From NCBI RefSeq assembly GCF_000008645.1, contig NC_000916.1:660001-692000 (forward strand): 32,000 nucleotides of DNA, read 5' to 3'. Each line of letters starts with the position of its first letter. Positions within the stretch are counted from its first letter, which is position 1. A model generated the notes under the pieces. That model worked only from the letters and a program-made list of their open reading frames with translations. It made no database searches and was not told the origin of the DNA. Below are positions 17,755-25,681 of this stretch, one piece after another. The translations under genes and the position numbers were made by a program. The DNA is from Methanothermobacter thermautotrophicus str. Delta H. GTDB taxonomy: Archaea > Methanobacteriota > Methanobacteria > Methanobacteriales > Methanothermobacteraceae.

Positions 17755-18972
17755 ATGACAGCAGAACTGCTCGAATTCCTTGAGGAGCTGAGCCGCGCCC
17801 TCATAGCCTCAGGGAATTCTGTTACAGATACCGAGAGAATCCTGTGGAGTGTCGCCGAGTCCCAGGGCGTGGAGGTTGAGGTCTCGGTCCTCCCAACCAT
17901 GATCATAATAAAGGCGGAGGGAGAGGTTTCAAGGATGGGCCTTGCAGCCCAGTCCCCCGGGATGATGCCCCTTCACCAGGTCACAGAAATATACAGACTC
18001 ACCGATGATGTGACATCCCGAAGGATGGAAGTGGGTGAGGCCCTGGGTGAGCTCAGGGGGATATTGAGGGGATCCCACAGGTTCGGGCGCTACGGGATCC
18101 TTCTGGGTTATCTTATTCTCTCAATAGGTATAGCACTGCTTATACAGCCAGACCCTGATCTTGTAATTTACTCATCATTTTTCAGCCTTATAGCAGGCTC
18201 CCTGATAGTGGTGGGTTACGGTAACAGGAGGCTCTCCCTCATCATGCCTGTACTGGCATCCTTCACGGTTTCTGGTGTTGCCTTCTTCCTGATCAATACC
18301 GGTGCCGTGAGCGGGAACCTCACACTCCTTGTACCTCCGCTGATATACTTTATCCCCGGTGTAACCCTAACCACCGGCATCTATGAACTTGCAAGTGGTG
18401 AACTGGTTTCAGGGTCAAGCAGGGTGATATACGGGTGCATGGTTCTTCTCCTCCTCCTGTTTGGTGTCCTGATGGGTATGCAGCTTAACAGGTTTCCGCA
18501 GGAGGAATTTGCAGCCATAAAAATATCAGCCATGAGCTACAGCCCGTATCTGGGGGCATTCATATTTGCCGTTGGTATATATCTCTTCCTCTCTGTCTAC
18601 CGGAGTGATTTTCCATGGATACTTCTTGTGCTCTACAGTGCACTCATGGGACAGCAGCTGGGAAATGTAGCTGGAGGAGGACTCCTCGGGGCATTTCTGG
18701 GGGCCCTGTCAATGACACTGGTTGCCAGGGGCATTGAGCTTGCAGGTAAGACTCCGCACTTCGTCACCCTCTACCCGGCCTTCTGGTTCCTTGCTCCGGG
18801 GTCCCTGGGTTTCATAGGACTCGCAAATCTTCTGGGGAGGAACTATCTGACATCCGTGGCTGAGATAACACTCTTCGCAATGACTGTGGTTGCAATAGCC
18901 CTTGGACTGCTTGTTGGCGCACTGCTCACGGAACCATTCAGTGATAAAATAAGAGCCCCGGGCGGGGATTGA
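17755..18972 (+). CDS. Threonine/serine exporter (ThrE) family membrane protein, fused ThrE + ThrE_2 halves
   Basis: The N-terminal soluble region LSRALIASGNSVTDTERILWSVAESQGVE is followed by about 10 TM helices. The last 19 nt overlap the tRNA-Thr gene on the opposite strand. Confidence 0.7.
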   Translation: MTAELLEFLEELSRALIASGNSVTDTERILWSVAESQGVEVEVSVLPTMIIIKAEGEVSRMGLAAQSPGMMPLHQVTEIYRLTDDVTSRRMEVGEALGELRGILRGSHRFGRYGILLGYLILSIGIALLIQPDPDLVIYSSFFSLIAGSLIVVGYGNRRLSLIMPVLASFTVSGVAFFLINTGAVSGNLTLLVPPLIYFIPGVTLTTGIYELASGELVSGSSRVIYGCMVLLLLLFGVLMGMQLNRFPQEEFAAIKISAMSYSPYLGAFIFAVGIYLFLSVYRSDFPWILLVLYSALMGQQLGNVAGGGLLGAFLGALSMTLVARGIELAGKTPHFVTLYPAFWFLAPGSLGFIGLANLLGRNYLTSVAEITLFAMTVVAIALGLLVGALLTEPFSDKIRAPGGD

Positions 18973-19026
18973 ACCCGCGACCTCGGGATTACGAATCCCG
19001 CGCTCTCCCACCTAAGCTACCGAGGC
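18954..19026 (-). tRNA. tRNA-Thr (anticodon CGU), no encoded CCA
   Basis: Manual fold of the 73 nt: acceptor GCCTCGG/CCGGGGC, D arm GCTT-AGGTGGGA-GAGC, anticodon arm CGGGA-TTCGTAA-TCCCG, variable AGGTC, T arm GCGGG-TTCAATC-CCCGC, discriminator T. Confidence 0.9.
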
Positions 19027-19061
19027 CTGAAGTAATTTTTTATGACTTATTGAAACTGGAT

Positions 19062-19078
19062 CCTTAAATAATTAATGG
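19062..19078 (-). promoter_or_regulatory. TATA-box candidate for tRNA-Thr (minus-strand ccattaattatttaagg)
   Basis: A/T-rich box centred about 44 nt upstream of the mature tRNA 5' end. This fits a short processed leader. Confidence 0.35.
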
Positions 19079-19369
19079 TCCGCATGTATGATCCTGAACC
19101 CTGCCTTGATGTTCGAAAACTCCCATCTGGTCCCTGTTCCAAGGTTTATATGTGTTCTGAAACCCTATCATGATCGAAACCTATGTTAAATGGGAATTTT
19201 GGAAGATGTTCATCTCTGACCAGGTAATCGTCATCGTTAACGTTTCATGGCTTTTTTATCGGGTCTGTTTATTGAGGAGTCCTTTTTAAATTTCTGTCCC
19301 TGGGTTTCCACTCTTCCCTCAGGTAAATACTTTGCAGAGCCGTAATATGTATGAGTTTTTTGTATAATT

Positions 19370-19388
19370 CAAAACCTGGAGGTTTTTT
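19370..19388. terminator. Hairpin aaaacc-tgga-ggtttt followed by a T-run (A-run on the other strand): bidirectional terminator candidate
   Basis: A 6-bp stem and 4-nt loop, with T6 on the plus strand and A-rich flanks on the minus strand. It lies about 30-50 nt downstream of the corrected MBL gene stop. Confidence 0.35.
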
Positions 19389-19418
19389 GAAGGAAGCATG
19401 TGTGGATGAAGAGAGCCT

Positions 19419-20182
19419 TCAGGAAATGGCCGGGCTGCCCCCATCCAGGTCAAGTTTCATGCCATCCCTCGCTGCCAGTGTCCTGATACCCGTTGCCTCC
19501 TGGACCTGAATGCCTCCATCTCAGGGTCGTTGAGTATCATCTTCATTCCAAGGTGGGTCATCACTGCAATACCAGGTTTCACATCCTCCACAAGTTTTAT
19601 GAAATCATCCGTACACATGTGGCCCCTTATATGCTCATCCCCTGGTCTTATGACGCTTGATATGAGGACATCCGCCCCCCGGTGGTAATCGGCAAGTCCA
19701 TCGAAGTACTCTGTATCCGAGGTATAGGACACTGAAAGATCATCAGTCCTTAACCTGAACCCCACACCTGTCGGGTCCCCATGGACGGTGCCTGTACCTG
19801 TAACCTCAAGATCCCCTATATCCACTGTCTCACCGGCTGATAGTGTTATGCATCGTGATCTTCTCATATGGTACTCTGATATGCATGGCCCCCAGTCCCT
19901 GTAACCCTCCATTACACTTAAACTTCCCAGGATGGTGCCCCTCTGGCGCGTCATGCCCCTGGTCATTGCCTCTATGAGTACCTCTGCATCGGTGTAGTGG
20001 TCAGTGTGTGAGTGGGATACCATCACAGCATCCAGCTTCCTGGGGTCAGAGTCAAACTGATAGGACCTCACAAGCGCCCCTGGACCCGGGTCGATGTGGA
20101 TGTTCATGCCGGCGATTCCATCAATCCTCAGCCCGCCGGTCATCCTTTTCTGTGTTATGGTGGCGAAATCGTCCGCCACCAC
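19419..20182 (-). CDS. Metallo-beta-lactamase-fold hydrolase; C-terminal frame broken by an apparent 1-nt deletion near 19505-19510
   Basis: HSHTDH metal motif, GDPTGVGF, and MTHLG. The track ORF ends in [16 protein letters not shown] at 19457. The -1 frame reads [28 protein letters not shown], a typical MBL C-terminus, and stops at 19419-19421. That frame opens only after a TGA at 19521-19523. Confidence 0.7.
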
Positions 20183-20244
20183 TCCCTAGAAACGTTAACC
20201 TCATTCAATCACCCATCCTATCTTTATCCGTCGCCAATAAAAAT

Positions 20245-21174
20245 TTATTCCTCCCTGCGACAGATTATGACGTCACAGTCGACCTTTATATCTCTCCCCT
20301 CCACGCAGAGGTTCTCATCCCTTACAGCTATTTTCTCGCCGGGTGAAAGGGTGCCGCCATCTGATATCCTCATGAGTACCATGTCCCCTGGACCTGCAAC
20401 CTTCTTCCAGCGAGTGTCATAGGCCTCAACGTCACCGGCAAGTTTAACCTCCACGTGGCTCCCATCCTGCCTCATAACCCTGCCGACCTCACCCTCTGTG
20501 AGGATCCTTGAGGCCAGTTTTATCTCCTCCCGTCGGTCTAGCATCTCCTGTTTGAGTTTGGCCCTCCATTTCTGTAGGAGGCGGACGTCCCTCACGATTG
20601 TATCACTCAGAAGCCTGTGGGCGCTCTTCTTATCCAGTGAGGGGCTCTTTATGAACAGATCATATTCACTACCAACAGATGGTGTCTGTGAGGATACATG
20701 GTCCATGAGTTCCCTGAAGAGGTCAGCAACATCCTTAAGGCTTGTCTTTGTCTTCCACCTCTTTTTAAGGAACCTGTTTGTAATCTCCTTGGCTATCTTA
20801 TTTCCGAAGACTATTATTGCAGTATCACCCTTTTCCATGCTGGTTATCCTTGAACCTGTGAGTTCAATTATCTGATAGGCCCCTGTTGTTGCGTATATCC
20901 TTCTTCTTCTTGTCTCAAAGGGTGTTTTCTGGCTTATTTCACCCACAACAACGTCGCCAAGGCTTCTGACCTTGCATGTGTCATCTGTGACCTTTATATT
21001 TACGCCAAGCTCCGACGCCCTCCTCTGGAGTTCCTCATCACTTTTTATCTTGCCTGTGTACAGCTCCTCCTCAAGTACCTCTCTACTTGATTTATCACCA
21101 AAATAGGCTATTCTCCGTTTATCTCCAGCTATGACGCATCCCTTGCTACTTATGTAGGTTATGATGAGACTCAT
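20245..21174 (-). CDS. DUF2121 / Connectase-like protein: N-terminal proteasome-beta/HslV-like Ntn domain plus C-terminal beta-barrel domain
   Basis: The N-terminus (M)SLIITYISSKGCVIAGDKRRIAYFG parallels the proteasome beta/HslV TTI....G.V.AaDkr pattern, with Ser at the nucleophile position. Size is 309 aa. Family assignment is from memory and was not searched. Confidence 0.55.
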   Translation of the reverse strand: MSLIITYISSKGCVIAGDKRRIAYFGDKSSREVLEEELYTGKIKSDEELQRRASELGVNIKVTDDTCKVRSLGDVVVGEISQKTPFETRRRRIYATTGAYQIIELTGSRITSMEKGDTAIIVFGNKIAKEITNRFLKKRWKTKTSLKDVADLFRELMDHVSSQTPSVGSEYDLFIKSPSLDKKSAHRLLSDTIVRDVRLLQKWRAKLKQEMLDRREEIKLASRILTEGEVGRVMRQDGSHVEVKLAGDVEAYDTRWKKVAGPGDMVLMRISDGGTLSPGEKIAVRDENLCVEGRDIKVDCDVIICRREE

Positions 21175-21466
21175 TGTGGATCACCCGATCATCTATACAC
21201 ATGAATTTGATGGGACAGTTAATTAAAGGATTCGAATTTTATGATCGCCTCCCCTATTAGCATGGACCCCTTAATGAAAAACTGGCATGCATCATCAGAT
21301 GAATGAAGTGAAGAGATTAAGCAGCTCGGTAGTTGCTGTCTTCTTACTACCGAATCCAGATGAAGTACCGCACAGAGGAAGCAGAAGGTGACTGAAGATA
21401 ATAAGGTACAGTCAACCCCTCAATTAATAAAGCGCCATCAACATAAATAATGGTGAGGGGGAACCA

Positions 21467-23499
21467 ATGAAAGATGAGTACACCAATTCTCTCATAAAGG
21501 AGAAGAGTCCCTATTTACTGCAGCATGCACACAACCCTGTGAACTGGTATCCATGGGGTGATGATGCCTTCAGAAAGGCCCTGGCAGAGAGGAAACCCAT
21601 ATTTTTATCGATAGGATACTCCACCTGTCACTGGTGCCATGTGATGGCAAGGGAGTCCTTTGAGAACCCTGAAATCGCAGATATACTCAATCGAGACTTT
21701 GTTTCTGTTAAGGTGGACCGGGAGGAGCGCCCGGATATTGATGCCATATACATGAGGGTCTGCCAGATGATGACAGGTGCCGGGGGATGGCCCCTGACGA
21801 TCATCATGACACCCGAGGGTGAACCCTTCTTTGCAGGGACCTACTTCCCTCCAGAGGATAGGGGTGGAGTCCCGGGCCTTAAGACGATCCTTGAGAGGGT
21901 TGTGATGCTCTGGAAGAAGGACGCCGACGGGATAGCTGAGACCGCGAGGAAGGTCGTGGAGGCCCTGAAGGAAAAGCCCGCTTCATACCAGATTAAACCT
22001 GAAACCGTGGATATGGCCTACGAGTACCTCAGGAGGAATTTTGACAGGAAAAATGGTGGTTTCGGGTCTCAGCAGAAATTCCCAACTCCCCACAACATCC
22101 ACTTCCTCCTCACCTACCACCTCCGGAGGGGTGAGGGGGAGGCCCTTGAGATGGTCAGACTCACCCTGGAGAGGATGAGGTACGGTGGAATATATGACCA
22201 GCTGGGTTACGGTTTCCACAGATACGCTGTTGAACCAACATGGACGATACCCCACTTTGAGAAGATGCTCTATGACCAGGCCCTCGCAATGACAGCCTAC
22301 CTTGAGGCCTTCCAGGTGACGGGTGATGAGCTCCACCAGAGGACCGCCCTTGAGATTTCAGAGTATGTCCTCAGGGACCTCAAGTCCCGGAGGGTGGATT
22401 CTACTCGGCCGTGGATGCTGAAAGCGGTGGTGTTGAGGGTGGTTACTACCTCTGGAGGGCATCAGAGATACAGGAGGCCCTCGGTGATGATGCAGACCTT
22501 GTAATGCGCTACTTCAATGTTCTTGAGGATGGTAACTTCAGGGGCGAGGTGAGGGGTGCGAACATACTCCATGTGGATTCCCCTGAGAGGGTGGCAGAGG
22601 AGTTCAATCTGACCCTCGATGAACTTAATGAGAGGATAGAGGAGGCAAGGAGGGTCCTTCTTGAAAGAAGACTTGAACGTGAGGCCCCTTCTGTGGATGA
22701 TAAGGTGCTCACAGACTGGAATGGCCTGATGATCGGTGCCCTTGCACGCTGCAGCAGGGTTCTTGACCATGATGAATCCCTCAGGGCAGCTGAAGGGTGC
22801 CTTGAATTCATTGAGGGCAGGTTAATGTCCGATGGAAGGCTACTTCACAGGTACAGGGATGGCGAGGCAGCCATAAACGGGAAACTGGATGACTACGCAT
22901 TCCTGATATGGGGTCTCCTTGAAATGTATGATGCGACCCTCCGGGAGGGGTACATCAGAAAGGCCCTTGAACTCACAGAGATCCTCAGGGATAACTTCAG
23001 GGACTCTGATGGTGGTTTTTATCTCACAGATGATCCGGATGTTATTGTGAGGCCAAAGGAATCAATGGATGGGGCGATTCCATCAGGTAACTCTGTTCAG
23101 ATGCAGAACCTTCTGAGGCTCGGTGGTCTCCTCGAGGATGAAGGACTGATAGATGAGGCCAGGGGGATACTGAAAGCCTTCTCCAGGAGGGTTGAATCGT
23201 CTCCAGGGGCTCACACCTTCCTCCTGTCCTCTGCAGAGTGGGCAGTTTATGGTGGGAGGTCCCTGGTGGTTGTCTGCAGTGGAGAACCAGAAATACCTGC
23301 AGTTCTCAGGAAAACCCTGATCCCGGATTTCACCCTCACAGTTATGGGGGGATCAGGTGACTGGTCCTTTGCCCCGGCACACCTCAATGAGAAGGTGGCC
23401 CTGGGTGATGGGTGCACCTACTACCTCTGTGATGGCAGCAAATGCCACCCGCCAGCAGAGGACCCTGAAAGGGTCATCGAGTACCTGGGGGTGAAATAG
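21467..23499 (+). CDS. Thioredoxin-domain protein of the DUF255/YyaL (SPATA20-like) family with a C-terminal alpha/alpha-toroid domain; frame broken by a 1-nt deletion at the ccc run 22386-22388
   Basis: [22 protein letters not shown] and [11 protein letters not shown] motifs. Track ORFs 21467..22504 and 22411..23499 are offset by -1. Adding one C at tcccgg restores [26 protein letters not shown], the conserved GGFYSA.DADS..EG.FY.W block. Span is 2033 nt, one short of a multiple of 3. Confidence 0.75.
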
Positions 23500-25527
23500 A
23501 TGGGCAGACAGAAAGACCATGAGAAAGGTCCCGGTGAAATTATGGAGAGCCACGGGCACCATGAGAAGAAGGGTAAGATGATGGACAGCCACGGGCACCA
23601 CGAGGAGGACTACAGGAGGAGGTTCATCATATGCCTCCTCATGACCATACCCGTGATCCTTTTAGGGGAGCTTCCAACTGGCAACGTCCTGTTCAGTTTT
23701 GAGGGCAGCGAATTTCTGGTGCTCATTCTATCATCAGCAATATTCCTGTATGGGGGATACCCCTTCCTCAGGGGGTCCCTGCGTGAGCTATCATCACGCA
23801 CCCCCGGTATGATGACACTCATTGCAGTTGCAATAACAGTGGCATACACCTACAGCCTCGGGGTGATTCTGGGCCTCGAGGGAATGGTATTCTTTGTTGA
23901 ACTCGTCACACTGATAGATGTTATGCTCCTGGGTCACTGGATCGAGATGAGATCCATAATGAGTGCATCAGGGGCTGTTGAGAGGCTTGCAGGACTGCTG
24001 CCCAGGAGGGCCCACCTGGTGGTTGACGGCAAGGTTGAGGACGTTGATGTGAGCACCCTCAAACCAGGTGACATTGTGGTTGTGAGGTCCGGTGAGAGGG
24101 TACCCTCAGATGGGACCGTCATCAGGGGGGAGTCCCATGTCAATGAATCACTGCTGACAGGGGAATCAAGGCCCATAAAGAAGGTGCCGGGGGATGGTGT
24201 CATCGGGGGCTCCATAAACACTGGGGGGTCCCTCACGGTGGAGGTTGAACGTGTGGGTGAGGAGTCCTTCATCTCCCAGATCATTGAACTCGTGGGCAGA
24301 GCCCAGGAGGGCAGGACAAGGACACAGGTCCTTGCGGACAAAGCCGCCTTCTGGTTAACCTCCATCGCCCTCCTCGGTGGGCTTCTAACCTTCATCGCCT
24401 GGTCCTGGCTGGGGATGGACGTATTCTTCTCCCTTGAAAGGGCCGTCACCCTCATGGTCACCGCTTGCCCCCATGCACTGGGACTTGCAATACCCCTCGT
24501 TATAGCCGTCTCAACAGCCATCTCCGCAGGGAGGGGTATACTCATAAGGAACCGTGAATCCTTTGAGAATGCCCGGGACCCTGATGTGGTTGTATTTGAC
24601 AAGACAGGGACACTCACCATGGGTGAGCTTGGAATAACCGATGTTATATCCTTTGACCCTGAAATGGATGAGGGAGAAATATTATCCTACGCCGCGGCCG
24701 TTGAATCAGGATCAAGCCACCCCATAGCAAGGGGGATAGTTGAAGCCGTTGCTGAGGTCCTTCCGGTGGAGAACTTCAACTCACTTGAGGGCAGGGGTGT
24801 GATGGGGCATGTTAACGGCTCAGTGGTGAAGGTGCTCAGTTACGGCTACACAGAGGAGCTTGGTTTCAGCATCAGTGACCCCCGGGTTGATGAACTGATA
24901 GGTCAGGCCAAGACCACCGTATTTGTGATTGTGGATGATGAACTAAGGGGCTGCATCGCCCTTGCAGACATGATAAGGCCCGAGGCCCGGGAGGCTGTGG
25001 GGATCCTCAGATCAAGGGGTGTCAGGTGCCTCATGTTAACAGGTGACAGCAGTGCAGTGGCTGGGTGGGTGGCCTCAGAGGTTGGTATAGACGATTACAT
25101 GGCTGAGCTCATACCCATTGAGAAGTATGATGAAATAAGGAAGCTTCAGGAGGAGGGGCTGAGGGTTGTAATGGTCGGTGATGGTGTCAACGATGCCCCG
25201 GCCCTTGTACAGGCAGACATTGGTGTTGCAATAGGGGCCGGAACGGATGTTGCAATCGAGAGTGCCGATGTTGTCCTTGTGAGGAGCAACCCCCTTGACG
25301 TTGTGGACCTGATGGATCTTGCAGCAGCCACCTACAGCAAGATGAAGGAGAACCTCATCTGGGCCACAGGATACAATGTCATAGCCCTCCCTCTGGCGGC
25401 AGGAGTCCTCTACGGGCAGGGTATCATCCTCAGTCCCGCCATGGGAGCCATCCTGATGTCACTGAGCACCGTCATAGTCGCCCTGAACGCAAGGACCTTC
25501 AGCTTCAGTGGGCAGAGCGGCCGTTAA
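23500..25527 (+). CDS. copB: P1B-type heavy-metal ATPase, CopB-like (CPH motif, His-rich N-terminus)
   Basis: TGES, CPHALGLA (CPH in the metal-binding TM helix), DKTGTLT, GDGVNDAP. The N-terminus carries a duplicated M(E/D)SHGHHE motif and no HMA domain. RBS GGGGTGA; the ATG directly follows the TAG of the upstream gene. Confidence 0.85.
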   Translation: MGRQKDHEKGPGEIMESHGHHEKKGKMMDSHGHHEEDYRRRFIICLLMTIPVILLGELPTGNVLFSFEGSEFLVLILSSAIFLYGGYPFLRGSLRELSSRTPGMMTLIAVAITVAYTYSLGVILGLEGMVFFVELVTLIDVMLLGHWIEMRSIMSASGAVERLAGLLPRRAHLVVDGKVEDVDVSTLKPGDIVVVRSGERVPSDGTVIRGESHVNESLLTGESRPIKKVPGDGVIGGSINTGGSLTVEVERVGEESFISQIIELVGRAQEGRTRTQVLADKAAFWLTSIALLGGLLTFIAWSWLGMDVFFSLERAVTLMVTACPHALGLAIPLVIAVSTAISAGRGILIRNRESFENARDPDVVVFDKTGTLTMGELGITDVISFDPEMDEGEILSYAAAVESGSSHPIARGIVEAVAEVLPVENFNSLEGRGVMGHVNGSVVKVLSYGYTEELGFSISDPRVDELIGQAKTTVFVIVDDELRGCIALADMIRPEAREAVGILRSRGVRCLMLTGDSSAVAGWVASEVGIDDYMAELIPIEKYDEIRKLQEEGLRVVMVGDGVNDAPALVQADIGVAIGAGTDVAIESADVVLVRSNPLDVVDLMDLAAATYSKMKENLIWATGYNVIALPLAAGVLYGQGIILSPAMGAILMSLSTVIVALNARTFSFSGQSGR

Positions 25528-25531
25528 ATCC

Positions 25532-25562
25532 ATGTCTAAGCAACAAAAATGGGCTTAGACAT
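25532..25562. terminator. Perfect 10-bp inverted repeat atgtctaagc / gcttagacat (11-nt loop), 5 nt after the copB stop
   Basis: Arms at 25532-25541 and 25553-25562, read directly from the sequence. Followed by ttcattcc. Confidence 0.4.
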
Positions 25563-25628
25563 TTCATTCCCTCAACCACGTACCATCAAAATCCATGCCT
25601 CAGCAGCTGCCAGACATAAAATGAAAGG

Positions 25629-25662
25629 ATTTAATATGATGTTCTACATAGTATCCTATGTA
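25629..25662 (+). promoter_or_regulatory. rbr-dfx promoter: TATA atttaatatg (25629-25638) plus palindrome TACATAG-N4-CTATGTA (25645-25662)
   Basis: The TATA lies about 45-50 nt upstream of ATG 25682. The 7-bp perfect inverted repeat with a 4-nt spacer covers the expected transcription start. Confidence 0.4.
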
Positions 25663-25681
25663 AAAAGGATGGGTGAAGAAA

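Noticed and set aside
18709-19011. 100-aa minus-strand ORF
   Set aside because: It reads through the tRNA-Thr gene and is antisense to the ThrE-like CDS. Its product has no protein-like features.
19088-19189. 33-codon ORF (MILNPALMFENSHLVPVPRFICVLKPYHDRNLC) in the tRNA-adjacent spacer
   Set aside because: There is no RBS. The two DNA repeats it spans are not in the same frame because of an indel between copies, so the repeat is a nucleotide-level feature. The ORF is too short to support without conservation data.
18954-19456. Integrated element or att scar next to tRNA-Thr
   Set aside because: There is no duplicated copy of the tRNA 3' segment in the flanking 430 bp, no integrase or phage-like gene nearby, and the composition is similar to other intergenic regions.
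21290-21400. C/D-box sRNA (also considered at 19160-19230)
   Set aside because: Candidate boxes (atgaatga, atgatcga, ctga) deviate from RUGAUGA/CUGA. There is no proper C'/D' pair or terminal stem at the right spacing.
2101-23499. Programmed ribosomal frameshifting as the explanation for the five frame breaks
   Set aside because: No slippery heptamer or downstream pseudoknot is visible at any site. The directions and contexts differ, and such a density of recoding in unrelated housekeeping genes is implausible. Indel errors or mutations at short homopolymers fit better. This is kept as a finding to be tested, not as a recoding claim.
23934-24620. 228-aa minus-strand ORF inside copB
   Set aside because: Antisense shadow of the P-type ATPase. 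Composition is Ser/Pro/Thr-biased with no start context.
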